The notes beneath the pieces were generated by a model. It was not told the DNA's origin. It saw only the letters and a list, made by a program, of their open reading frames with translations, and did not search any database. The position numbers and the translations under genes are program-made. Source: a bacterium UBA2214 (GTDB lineage Bacteria > Zhuqueibacterota > Zhuqueibacteria > Residuimicrobiales > Residuimicrobiaceae). Taken from it: a stretch of DNA of 47,554 nucleotides. The stretch spans positions 1-47,554 of the forward strand of contig DCUM01000073.1 of NCBI GenBank assembly GCA_002327255.1. Direction: 5' to 3'. This document shows, piece by piece, positions 39,589 through 47,554 of the stretch. Numbering within the stretch: position 1 is the first letter of the stretch; each line of letters begins with the position of its first letter.

Positions 39589-39849
39589 TTATTTTTCAGT
39601 TGGTCGTTGTATGTCATTCAATAAATCCATGCTCAAATCCGCCAGCCGCCTGGCATAATAGCTGACCCGCTCGAGAAGATGAACTTCTTCGGGCTGGAGA
39701 CGCGACGCGACTTCATCCTGATAGATACTGAGATAGCCCAGCAAGCCCTGAACCGTGGATCGCAGTTCGTGTCCAAGACGGCGCTGTTGTGCCGCGCGTG
39801 AAATTTCATGCTCCGCCGCATGATTATTTTCTTGCCTCACTTCCGTCAC
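39589..39849 (-). CDS. DHp (HisKA)-only mini-protein with H-box and no ATPase domain
   Basis: 86 aa from the GTG at 39849 (GGAG 9 nt upstream, 5 nt after the preceding stop). The H-box is RRLGHELRSTVQGLLGYLSIY. The frame has no ATG start. Confidence 0.4.
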   Translation of the reverse strand: MTEVRQENNHAAEHEISRAAQQRRLGHELRSTVQGLLGYLSIYQDEVASRLQPEEVHLLERVSYYARRLADLSMDLLNDIQRPTEK

Positions 39850-39853
39850 GTCG

Positions 39854-41170
39854 TTACTCCGGCACGCTTTTGCGCATTGCGGTTGCTCTTTCAAGCGTCT
39901 TTATCCGTGATGGCAGACGACCCGAGCGTGCGCGCATCTCCATCCACAGTTGTCCGCCGCCATACGCGGCCGCCATGATCAGAAAGTGATCGATGGGCAG
40001 ACGAAAGCGCACTTTTACAATCATGACAGCATGGATGAGTGTATATAAAAAGGCCATGTAAAACCACAACGTCATTTGCTTGCGTTTTTCTGTGGGGGCT
40101 TGCCAATATCCCCACAGGGCTAAACCGAGCAGAGGCGCGAAACTGAGCAAGCCGATGAGTTTGATCACCCCTCCCATCTTCACATAGGAAGAAGTCACGG
40201 GAGAAGGATCGGGCCGCCAAAAGTAGGCCGCTTTTAACAGTGTCCGCTGCACAAACAAGCCGGGGTGCTGTAAGATAAAAGCGCGCGCTTGCGCCGAGAA
40301 GAGGCTGTCGGCCACTATTTCCCATCGGTCGCCCGCGGCCACGATGTCTCGATGGAGCGTTTCCGGCGTCTGCACGCTGCAGGGATCTTCGATGGAGCTG
40401 TCGGCATGATTGCCCAGCCACAGATTATAGCCGCCATTGCTCGCCAGGGTCATTTTGCCGAGTTCGACCTGATTTCTGATCAACCACGGCGTAATGACGA
40501 GAAAGATACCCAGCAGCAGTGGTGCAAGCGTTGCTGTTTTCTTTTGCCAGCCTCCCGGGGCGTGTCGCAGATGCCACAGCAGTGTGGCGGCCACCAGCAC
40601 GACAGCCGTGGTGACCGTTAAAATGGCCAGGCCCCAAAGCAGGCCGCCAGAGAACATAACATATTTATTATATGAACTTACGGCCTTCAGATACAACCAG
40701 ACCGCAGCGACCAGCAGCAGACTGTAGAGCGTTGTTGCTAAAACCGTACCAGGAAGATAGATAAAATAGGGATAGAGACCGCCCAGCAGCAAGGTGCCCC
40801 ATGCAGCGGGAGGTCCCAGAAGCCAACGGGACATGGCAGCGCAGAGAAGCAGGGTGAACAGACTGATGAAGGCCTGCATCACGCGAATCCAGGTTGGCGA
40901 ATCGAGTCCGGTTTTATAAAGCAGGCAGATCCACCCGGGATAGCCGATGGGGATAATGGCCGTTGGCCGGCCATCTTCGAGCACATACCCGGCCCCCTGC
41001 GACATATTTTGCGCCAGGAGAATATTTTTTTGTTCATCACTCCAGATGACCCGATCACCCGGGCGCAGACTGAAGAAGAGGCGGCTGCCCAGAGCAAAGG
41101 CCAGAATGAGGAAAAAAACAAATGCCTTGATACCGCGACTATTTGCTTTCCACACACTTGAAGAGTCCAT
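39854..41170 (-). CDS. GT-C fold membrane glycosyltransferase (GT39/GT83 ArnT-like)
   Basis: About 438 aa from the ATG at 41170. The first-loop acidic motif is VIWSDEQKN, and the TM pattern is typical of ArnT/PMT_2. The longer ORF (to 41317) overlaps the upstream gene heavily. Confidence 0.55.
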   Translation of the reverse strand: MDSSSVWKANSRGIKAFVFFLILAFALGSRLFFSLRPGDRVIWSDEQKNILLAQNMSQGAGYVLEDGRPTAIIPIGYPGWICLLYKTGLDSPTWIRVMQAFISLFTLLLCAAMSRWLLGPPAAWGTLLLGGLYPYFIYLPGTVLATTLYSLLLVAAVWLYLKAVSSYNKYVMFSGGLLWGLAILTVTTAVVLVAATLLWHLRHAPGGWQKKTATLAPLLLGIFLVITPWLIRNQVELGKMTLASNGGYNLWLGNHADSSIEDPCSVQTPETLHRDIVAAGDRWEIVADSLFSAQARAFILQHPGLFVQRTLLKAAYFWRPDPSPVTSSYVKMGGVIKLIGLLSFAPLLGLALWGYWQAPTEKRKQMTLWFYMAFLYTLIHAVMIVKVRFRLPIDHFLIMAAAYGGGQLWMEMRARSGRLPSRIKTLERATAMRKSVPE

Positions 41171-42173
41171 GTTCCTTCGTCCCAAGATAAAGGGTGTTGT
41201 GGTTTCCGGATGCGATTTGGAACGAGGTGATGGTGACAGCCGGCAGATTATCGGTGATGTTCGTCCAGGAGAGGCCGGCGTCATCGCTGCGATGGATCCT
41301 CGTTGAAGTACAGGCATAGAGCCGGTCCGGCCGCCGTGAATCGGTGCGAATGGCTACGGCGTTTTTCCAGGCGATATTTTCGAACTTGCGTTGCCAACTC
41401 ACGCCCTCATTCAGGGAGAGATAAAAATAACCACTTTCACTCGCGGCATACAATCGACTTGAATCGGAACCACCGAAAGCGAACTGCCGCGGCGCATCAA
41501 AATACCCCCCACTGCCCTGAACACCTTCGTTCATATAAAACCATCTGGCGCCGTCATCGGTGGTGCGGGCAAACCCCGTGTACAACATGCCGAGGAGCAG
41601 CGTCGTGGGGTGCCGCGGCATTGATGTGACCGAGAGGATCAGACGGCTGTTTTTAAACATGCTGCTCCAGTTGACTTCCGCCTTGCTTTTGCGATAGATG
41701 CCCGTCGCCGTTGCCAGCCAGATGACATCGTCTTTCTGTCCGACCATATGCACGCCATTGACCAGCGTGTTTACCACTTCTCCACCGAGACTCGCCCAAC
41801 TGCCGCCGCCGTCTTCGCTGCGGCTCAATCCCCGGCCCCAGCTGCCGCAATACAGCCGTTGCGGGTTATCGATGCAAATGGCAATCGATTTGATATCGCG
41901 ATTGAGCAAGCCATCTTCCGCGGGGTACCATTGTTTGCCGCCATCGGTTGTTTTTAAAAGTCCGTCAAAGAGGCCCACATAAATAGTGGTAGCTGTGGCG
42001 GGATGCATCTCGATGCATTGCACCTTGCGCATCAGCATCGCTTCGGCCAGATTGACCCAGCCTGTCTCTTTCTCGGGAGCATTGGTTTTGGGTTCATCGC
42101 ATGCGAGAAGAGCCGCGCAGAGCAGCAGGCCGGTCACCATGCGATAGGTATTCCTGTTCATTGTGGTAGGCAT
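41139..42173 (-). CDS. BNR/Asp-box beta-propeller lipoprotein
   Basis: It has the lipobox LLAC. Five Asp-boxes are present: TTDGGKQW, SEDGGGSW, TTDDGARW, SLNEGVSW and SDDAGLSW. Confidence 0.7.
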   Translation of the reverse strand: MPTTMNRNTYRMVTGLLLCAALLACDEPKTNAPEKETGWVNLAEAMLMRKVQCIEMHPATATTIYVGLFDGLLKTTDGGKQWYPAEDGLLNRDIKSIAICIDNPQRLYCGSWGRGLSRSEDGGGSWASLGGEVVNTLVNGVHMVGQKDDVIWLATATGIYRKSKAEVNWSSMFKNSRLILSVTSMPRHPTTLLLGMLYTGFARTTDDGARWFYMNEGVQGSGGYFDAPRQFAFGGSDSSRLYAASESGYFYLSLNEGVSWQRKFENIAWKNAVAIRTDSRRPDRLYACTSTRIHRSDDAGLSWTNITDNLPAVTITSFQIASGNHNTLYLGTKEHGLFKCVESK

Positions 42174-42180
42174 AATTCTC

Positions 42181-43476
42181 TCACATCAGACTGGGTTGCA
42201 GATTCTTGTCAGCGAGTTGCAGCTGTTGCAGCGAGCGGGTAATTTTTACATCGATTTCAGCTTCCACAGGCGGCTGCAGAGAACGATTGAAAAGACGCGC
42301 ATAAGCCGCCAGCAGGGGTGTATGGGTGCAGGCCCAGGCCAATTCATGGACGACCCTGCGATGGCCGTAGGCGCCCATGCGGTGACGCAGCGCTGCATCC
42401 TCGAGGAGATGGTCTATTTTTTGCGCGAACTGGCTGATATCATTGGGCCGTGCGTATAGCGCAGCGCGTCGCGCCGAATTGTGGATTTCTTTCAAATCGA
42501 ATGCGACGATGGGTTTGGAGAAGACCATATATTCGAGGATCTTGTTCATCGTGGAATTATCCGCCCATTCGGAGTAGGGATCGGGATCGACGCAGACATC
42601 GGCTGTTGACAGATAGCGCGAAACATCCGCATCCGGGAGGCGCCCGGTGAATTCAACCTTGTCGGTGAGTTTTAACCGTTGATTCAGAGCCTGCAAATCC
42701 GGCACAGCCGGTCCGCCACCAATCAGCACAAAACGGACGTCCTCACGGCCCAGTTGGTGGCGCAGATAGTGAGCGGCGCGCAAAAGGTAGTCGACGCCAT
42801 CCTGTGGGCACATCTCTCCCAGGTAGCAGACGAGAAACTCCGCCCCCCGCTTTAACGCCGGCTCAGCCGGCACGGGCGCCAACTGTTTGAACTCGGGACC
42901 GGTGCGAACCACATAGATATCATCACGCTTCTTATGCCCGCGGCTTATGGCGATATCCCGGTACGATTCATTGGTCACCAGCACGACATCGGCCGTTTTC
43001 ATGGTGAGCTTTTCCAACAGGATCAAAAGCCGGTAAAGGACACCGCGGCGATGGGGAAATTTGGCCAAAAACATCTCCGGCGACAGGTCGTGATGATCAA
43101 AGATGAACTTTTTGCCGAAGACTTTGTATAGCCATCCCAGCAAAAAATAGGTGTCCGGCGGATTGCAGGCCTGGATGACATCGAATCCTTCGCGCCGCAG
43201 TACCCGGAGGGACAAACAGGCGGTCGCAAACCACGCATATAAAAACTCGGCGAAATAAGACAAAAATCCTTTGGCCTCAAAGGGTATATCATAGCGGTAG
43301 ATGGCAATATTTTCAACAAGCTGGTATTTTTCAGGATGTTCTTTAGACGTTGGACAAATAACGCTCACTTTGTAACCATGGTCCCGCAAGGTTCGCGATT
43401 CCAGCCATACTCTGCGATCCAGGGGGACAGGAAGATTCTGCACGATGATCAATATTTTACCAGCAAATCCCTTCAT
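42181..43476 (-). CDS. Glycosyltransferase family 4 (GT-B fold)
   Basis: 431 aa. The N-terminus is ILIIVQNLPVPLDRRVW, and the C-terminal EX7E-type motif is SEWADNSTMNKILEYM. Confidence 0.8.
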   Translation of the reverse strand: MKGFAGKILIIVQNLPVPLDRRVWLESRTLRDHGYKVSVICPTSKEHPEKYQLVENIAIYRYDIPFEAKGFLSYFAEFLYAWFATACLSLRVLRREGFDVIQACNPPDTYFLLGWLYKVFGKKFIFDHHDLSPEMFLAKFPHRRGVLYRLLILLEKLTMKTADVVLVTNESYRDIAISRGHKKRDDIYVVRTGPEFKQLAPVPAEPALKRGAEFLVCYLGEMCPQDGVDYLLRAAHYLRHQLGREDVRFVLIGGGPAVPDLQALNQRLKLTDKVEFTGRLPDADVSRYLSTADVCVDPDPYSEWADNSTMNKILEYMVFSKPIVAFDLKEIHNSARRAALYARPNDISQFAQKIDHLLEDAALRHRMGAYGHRRVVHELAWACTHTPLLAAYARLFNRSLQPPVEAEIDVKITRSLQQLQLADKNLQPSLM

Positions 43477-44779
43477 AATTGACCTCTTTTGCGTTCACAT
43501 GTTCGACGTTCTTGAGACCGGAAAGATCGATTATTTTGTGTCCGTTGCGCAAATCACCCAAGACCGCTTCATGTTCTTCCGCGGAGTTGCCGATGACCAC
43601 GATATCGGAATGTCGCAGGAGTTCCTCGAGGGAGCCGCACATGAGTTTGGCGATATGCGGGACCTCGCGTTCGATATATTCTTTATTGGCGCCCATCAAG
43701 CGCGCCAGAGAGACATTGCGGTCGTATATTCGCACGTCATAGCCCTTGCCCAGCAGTTGTTCGACCAGTGTGACCACGGGACTTTCGCGCAGGTCATCGG
43801 TACCATGCTTGAAGGAGAGTCCGAGCACGCCGATGCGCTTGCGGCCATAGGCTTTGACCATCTGCAGGGCGTAGCGAATATGTTCCGCATTGCTGTGCAT
43901 GGCCGCCTCGAGAAGCGGCACATTCACGTCCGATTGCCTGGCGTAATGCGCCAGCGCCCGTAAATCTTTGGGCAGACAGGAGCCGCCGAAGGCGAAGCCG
44001 GGTTTCAAATAGTACGGCGAAAGATTCAGTTTCGTATCCTTGACGAAGACATTCATCACCGCTCTGGCGTCCACACGAAAATTTTTGCACAGCCGTCCGA
44101 TCTCGTTGGCAAACGTCACCTTTACGGCATGCCAGGCGTTATCGGCGTATTTTATCATCGCTGCCTCACCAGGCTGCAGCCTGAACAGCGGGGCGGGCAG
44201 CCCGGCATAAAGAAGAGATAATAATTCCGCCGAGGGCTTGTCAAAGACACCAATGACGGTTTTGGGCGGATGGTAAAAATCATACAGGGAAGTCCCTTCG
44301 CGCAGGAACTCCGGATTCAGGGCGAATCCAAAGCCCTGCCCCAGTTTCCTGCCGCTGGAAGATTCCAGGCAGGGAATGGCGACCTCTTCCGCAACCCCGG
44401 GCAATACGGTACTGCGAAGCGCGATGGTCACACGGCGATCGATTTTACGCAGAACGGCACCGATCTCGCTGCAGACACGCTCCACATAACCCAAATGCAG
44501 ACTCCCGTTGCCGTTGCTGGGCGTGCCCACGCAGATAAAAATCACTTCACTCTCCCTGACTGCGGCAACCGTATCGGTTGTCGCCCTCAGCCGCGCCGCG
44601 TGCTTTTGCTGTGAAATCAACTCCTCCAGCCCATTTTCCACGATGGGCGATTGCCCCTTATTGATCAAATCCACTTTGTGTTCACTGATGTCCACACCGA
44701 TGACATCATGACCCATTTCCGCAAAACAGGCAGCGGAGACGCACCCCACATAACCCAACCCAAATACGCTAATCTTCAT
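43457..44779 (-). CDS. Nucleotide-sugar 6-dehydrogenase (GDP-mannose/UDP-sugar 6-dehydrogenase family, AlgD-like N-terminus)
   Basis: 440 aa. The Rossmann N-terminus is MKISVFGLGYVGCVSAACFAEMGHDVIGVD, and the catalytic Cys motif is FGGSCLPKDLRAL. Confidence 0.9.
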   Translation of the reverse strand: MKISVFGLGYVGCVSAACFAEMGHDVIGVDISEHKVDLINKGQSPIVENGLEELISQQKHAARLRATTDTVAAVRESEVIFICVGTPSNGNGSLHLGYVERVCSEIGAVLRKIDRRVTIALRSTVLPGVAEEVAIPCLESSSGRKLGQGFGFALNPEFLREGTSLYDFYHPPKTVIGVFDKPSAELLSLLYAGLPAPLFRLQPGEAAMIKYADNAWHAVKVTFANEIGRLCKNFRVDARAVMNVFVKDTKLNLSPYYLKPGFAFGGSCLPKDLRALAHYARQSDVNVPLLEAAMHSNAEHIRYALQMVKAYGRKRIGVLGLSFKHGTDDLRESPVVTLVEQLLGKGYDVRIYDRNVSLARLMGANKEYIEREVPHIAKLMCGSLEELLRHSDIVVIGNSAEEHEAVLGDLRNGHKIIDLSGLKNVEHVNAKEVNYEGICW

Positions 44780-44816
44780 CGAGCGTCACCTCCTGCGAAC
44801 AATTCTTTCATCATGC

Positions 44817-45767
44817 TCATGAATGCACCATCGTCTTGTGATGGCTCGAGCGCAAATAATATCCATAAACCATCCTGAACAATCTATTTGACACAGACAA
44901 CAGCAACGGCCGGCTCTGCCGTCCCAGAAAGGTCAAAAAGGGCACCGACCACCTGTTCACCAGGCTGACCTTGAGCCGGTAGCGCAAGCGTTCCTTGACC
45001 GGAAGACGGTGATCATAGAGTCCAAATTTCCCGGCAATTTCCCGGCTCATATCCGGGCGTTGCCGCTGCCAGATGGCCACCGCTTCGCCATAGAGAGAGC
45101 CCTTTTGAAAATAGGTGCGTATGGTAATCGGATGATGATGGGTAGCCACCACGCCGGCATGATAGTAAAAACGCATGCCGGATTCAGCGAGTCGATAGGC
45201 CAGTTCCAGATCCTCCGCCGCTTGCAGACTCTCATTAAAACCACCGGCGCGTTTGACCGCGGCCGTCCGCAGGGAGGTATTCGCCGTCCGGTATCGGCGG
45301 AAATCGATCTCCACATCATCGGCTTCCAGGTCCCTGAACTCCAGTTCATTCCAGCGCACCTGATCAGCATGCATCAATTCCTGCGACATGACGATTTTTC
45401 CCATATGACACACCAGCGCATCCGAGTTGCGGTGTAATTGCAGATGATGACGAACCAGGGAAGTGCCGGGTATGGTGTCGGCGTCCAGAAAAAGCACCAA
45501 ATCGCTATGGGCATGCGCGAGGCCTTTGTTGCGGGCGCCGGCCGCCCCCACTCCCGGAGCGTCGAGAATCTGCAGCTCAAAGGGGGTGTTCTCCACGCTG
45601 TGCAGATACGTTTGCGTCGCCGCGGCGGAGCCGTCATTCACCATGATGACTTTAAAACAGCCGGGGGCACTGTCCTGCAAGATCAGTCCGTTCAATACGC
45701 GGCGCAGCTCGGGGAGACGGTCACGCACCGGAATGATGACGCACAATGCCGGATGGGCGCGGCTCAT
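44817..45767 (-). CDS. Glycosyltransferase family 2
   Basis: 316 aa from the ATG at 45767, in an ATGA overlap with the wzx stop. Motifs are CVIIPVRDR, VIMVNDGS and FLDADT (DxD). Confidence 0.85.
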   Translation of the reverse strand: MSRAHPALCVIIPVRDRLPELRRVLNGLILQDSAPGCFKVIMVNDGSAAATQTYLHSVENTPFELQILDAPGVGAAGARNKGLAHAHSDLVLFLDADTIPGTSLVRHHLQLHRNSDALVCHMGKIVMSQELMHADQVRWNELEFRDLEADDVEIDFRRYRTANTSLRTAAVKRAGGFNESLQAAEDLELAYRLAESGMRFYYHAGVVATHHHPITIRTYFQKGSLYGEAVAIWQRQRPDMSREIAGKFGLYDHRLPVKERLRYRLKVSLVNRWSVPFLTFLGRQSRPLLLSVSNRLFRMVYGYYLRSSHHKTMVHS

Positions 45768-47203
45768 GCGACCCCCTTTTCTTCGCCTCGCAGACAGACG
45801 GTGAGCAAGCGGCGTAAATCTCTGCGATCCAGTGCCTGTGTGAACCACAGTGCAGCTCCATACACCAGACCCGACGCGAGGATGGCCAAAGCAGCGTCGA
45901 TTGGACTCAGCAGCCAAAGGCAGAGCGCCATCAATCCGGCAGCGACACCAATCCATAGTGTATGCCTATCCGGCACCAGGCGATATAAATGATGATGCAC
46001 GGAGAGGTATTCAACAGCTGCAAAGACGACAGCGGCCAGAGTCATTGCCACAGCAGCTCCGGTCGCCGACCGTTCGGGAACCAGGAGCGCGATGCCAGCC
46101 AATAACGCCATGGTGGCGGCGGCGTTGGCCCGGAGGTCGAGCCGCTGCTGGCGATGACTGATCAGCGTGAATGCCAGGGTTGGGATGATGCTGTAGGGAA
46201 TCAATATCCAGGCCAGCCAGCGCAATACCGGCGCTGCGGGCGCCATGGCCGAACCATAAAGCCAAAGAATGATGGTCTCCGCGCTCAAAGCGAAAATAAC
46301 GGCCAGAGCGGTGAAAGCCATCAGCTGATAACGCAAGGCCCGTTTTAAAAGCGCCTGATAGGTGACAGGGTCTTCCTGCGCCAGTCGCGACGCCACCGGC
46401 AGCAGCGCCTGTGCGAAGGCGAGAACGAGCATGATGGCATAACTGATTAACTTGTACGCAGCGCTGAAATAACCGGCTGTTTCCTCGCCGTGCAGACTCG
46501 TCAACAGGATGATGGTGATGGACCAGAAAGCGCTGTTGAACAACGCGATGAGAAAAAAAGAGGGCGTCTGTTTGAGCAGCGCGACGAGGAGAGCGCGTTC
46601 AAAACGCAGGACCGGTGCACCCGCGCGGCGGCAGGCCAGTATAAATGACACAGCGGCGGATATGATTTTGCTCGCAGCGATGGTCAGGATCAAGGCGCGC
46701 AGTCCGTGACCGGTCAGCAAACACGTGAATCCACCTGCGATCAGCACTGCGTTCTCGGTCAGAGTGGCCAGGCTGATATAGCGTATCTCCTCCACCGCCG
46801 TCAACATCACCTTGCTCCAGTAGCCAAAACTGGCCGGGATGAGCACGAGCACCATGACCTGAGCACTCCATCTGGACAGGGGGCCGGGCGACAACCAGTG
46901 GACGCAGAGAAGCATCAAGGCGGCGGTGATGGCGGTGGCCGCGAGACCGATAACGAGGGCATGCGCAAAGTATATTCCAGCACGCGCACGGTTCTGGGCG
47001 GCATCCCGGGTGATGGGGGATCCGAGTCCCAGCGTCGAGATCAACTCAAAAAAGCTGTACAGCGACAGGGTGAAAGCGATGGCGCCAAAGACGCCGGCAC
47101 CCAAATAACGCGCGACCAGGATCCAAAACACGGCAGATCCCAATCGCGACACCATATCCGCGCCGGTTCTCCAGAGTGTATTTCTTATCAAGGAGTGCAG
47201 CAT
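45764..47203 (-). CDS. wzx: Wzx-type oligosaccharide/polysaccharide flippase (MOP superfamily)
   Basis: 479 aa with about 12-14 TM helices. The N-terminus RNTLWRTGADMVSRLGSAVFWILVARYLG is typical of polysaccharide biosynthesis flippases. Confidence 0.8.
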   Translation of the reverse strand: MLHSLIRNTLWRTGADMVSRLGSAVFWILVARYLGAGVFGAIAFTLSLYSFFELISTLGLGSPITRDAAQNRARAGIYFAHALVIGLAATAITAALMLLCVHWLSPGPLSRWSAQVMVLVLIPASFGYWSKVMLTAVEEIRYISLATLTENAVLIAGGFTCLLTGHGLRALILTIAASKIISAAVSFILACRRAGAPVLRFERALLVALLKQTPSFFLIALFNSAFWSITIILLTSLHGEETAGYFSAAYKLISYAIMLVLAFAQALLPVASRLAQEDPVTYQALLKRALRYQLMAFTALAVIFALSAETIILWLYGSAMAPAAPVLRWLAWILIPYSIIPTLAFTLISHRQQRLDLRANAAATMALLAGIALLVPERSATGAAVAMTLAAVVFAAVEYLSVHHHLYRLVPDRHTLWIGVAAGLMALCLWLLSPIDAALAILASGLVYGAALWFTQALDRRDLRRLLTVCLRGEEKGVA

Positions 47204-47226
47204 CTTTTATAATCGACGGATTGCGG

Positions 47227-47554
47227 TCAGGGCCGTTGAGCCACTACCAGCAAGCCATTGCCTTCTTCATTTTTGCGATAAAAATCCACCAACATCAAAA
47301 TCATCACAAAAGGATGGATGAGGATGAGATAAACAGGAAAAATGACTTTAAAAAATCGGCTGAATTGAACCATCGTCACCACATCGTACGCCAGCCGGCC
47401 CCAGGGGCCATAGCTGATTTCAACGCCGGTGATATCAAATCCCGTTTGCGCCAATTTTTGGAGCAATGCCGGGGGCTGATCATAACGAACGTGCCCATGC
47501 GGCAGAGCCTCCCCAAGGGCGCGGGTCATGACAGCGATCTTGTTCTCCAAACAC
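47227..47554 (-). CDS. Partial CDS (C-terminal part only), possibly a methyltransferase with a C-terminal membrane hairpin
   Basis: The frame is open to the window edge. The listed start is only a TTG, so the gene very likely continues upstream of the window. A hydrophobic tail (VIFPVYLILIHPFVMILMLV) is present. Confidence 0.35.
   Translation of the reverse strand, partial: CLENKIAVMTRALGEALPHGHVRYDQPPALLQKLAQTGFDITGVEISYGPWGRLAYDVVTMVQFSRFFKVIFPVYLILIHPFVMILMLVDFYRKNEEGNGLLVVAQRP

Noticed and set aside
39522-39617. Upstream extension of the porU ORF (MTYNDQLKNNGCFVKY...).
   Set aside because: A textbook signal peptide starts at the internal ATG (39521), which is preceded by AAGGAG. The extension has no signal-like or conserved character.
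1-47554. CRISPR arrays, tRNA/rRNA genes, transposases, prophage, toxin-antitoxin or known defence-system genes.
   Set aside because: I saw no regularly spaced direct repeats, no cloverleaf-compatible sequences in the intergenic regions, and no ORFs with transposase, phage or defence signatures. Tool-based confirmation (tRNAscan-SE, minCED, DefenseFinder) would still be worthwhile.

Overview
This is a 47.5-kb chromosomal window from a moderately GC-rich bacterium, transcribed almost entirely on the minus strand. Only four genes sit on the plus strand. Gene content points to the Fibrobacteres-Chlorobi-Bacteroidetes (FCB) superphylum, probably an uncultured non-Bacteroidia lineage; this placement is an inference. 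The supporting genes are a PorU/PorV type IX secretion pair, a FlgD-Ig/Por-type C-terminal sorting domain and an archaeal/eukaryote-like ProRS.

Positions 1-25 kb are mostly housekeeping. They hold an AP-superfamily metalloenzyme, a half-size TauE, a SpoIID lipoprotein, era, proS and an SSF symporter. They also hold a permease-less regulatory PTS module (hpf-hprK-EIIA(Man)-EIIB(Man)), a Xer recombinase, smg, secA, nusB, ilvE, recJ, RNase P RNA (rnpB) and a COG1579 zinc-ribbon protein.

Positions 25-28 kb hold an M29-like peptidase, a Tat-exported aldo/keto reductase-ferredoxin fusion and a secreted hypothetical protein.

Positions 28-47.5 kb are an envelope-glycan locus. One almost gap-free minus-strand gene string (47.5 -> 30.8 kb) carries a Wzx flippase, GT2, a nucleotide-sugar 6-dehydrogenase, GT4, a BNR beta-propeller lipoprotein and several GT-C membrane glycosyltransferases. 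It also carries a DHp-only mini histidine-kinase ORF, with the T9SS sortase/shuttle pair porU-porV embedded in the middle.

The main leads are these:
- A 2,061-aa SecA whose excess length comes from apparent tandem internal duplications of PPXD- and HWD-like submodules.
- The porU-porV pair embedded in a glycan-biosynthesis operon, a candidate self-contained cargo-anchoring system.
- A 540-bp AT-rich non-coding region with repeat motifs and a strong terminator, possibly an sRNA or micropeptide locus.

No CRISPR array, prophage, transposase, rRNA or tRNA was seen.
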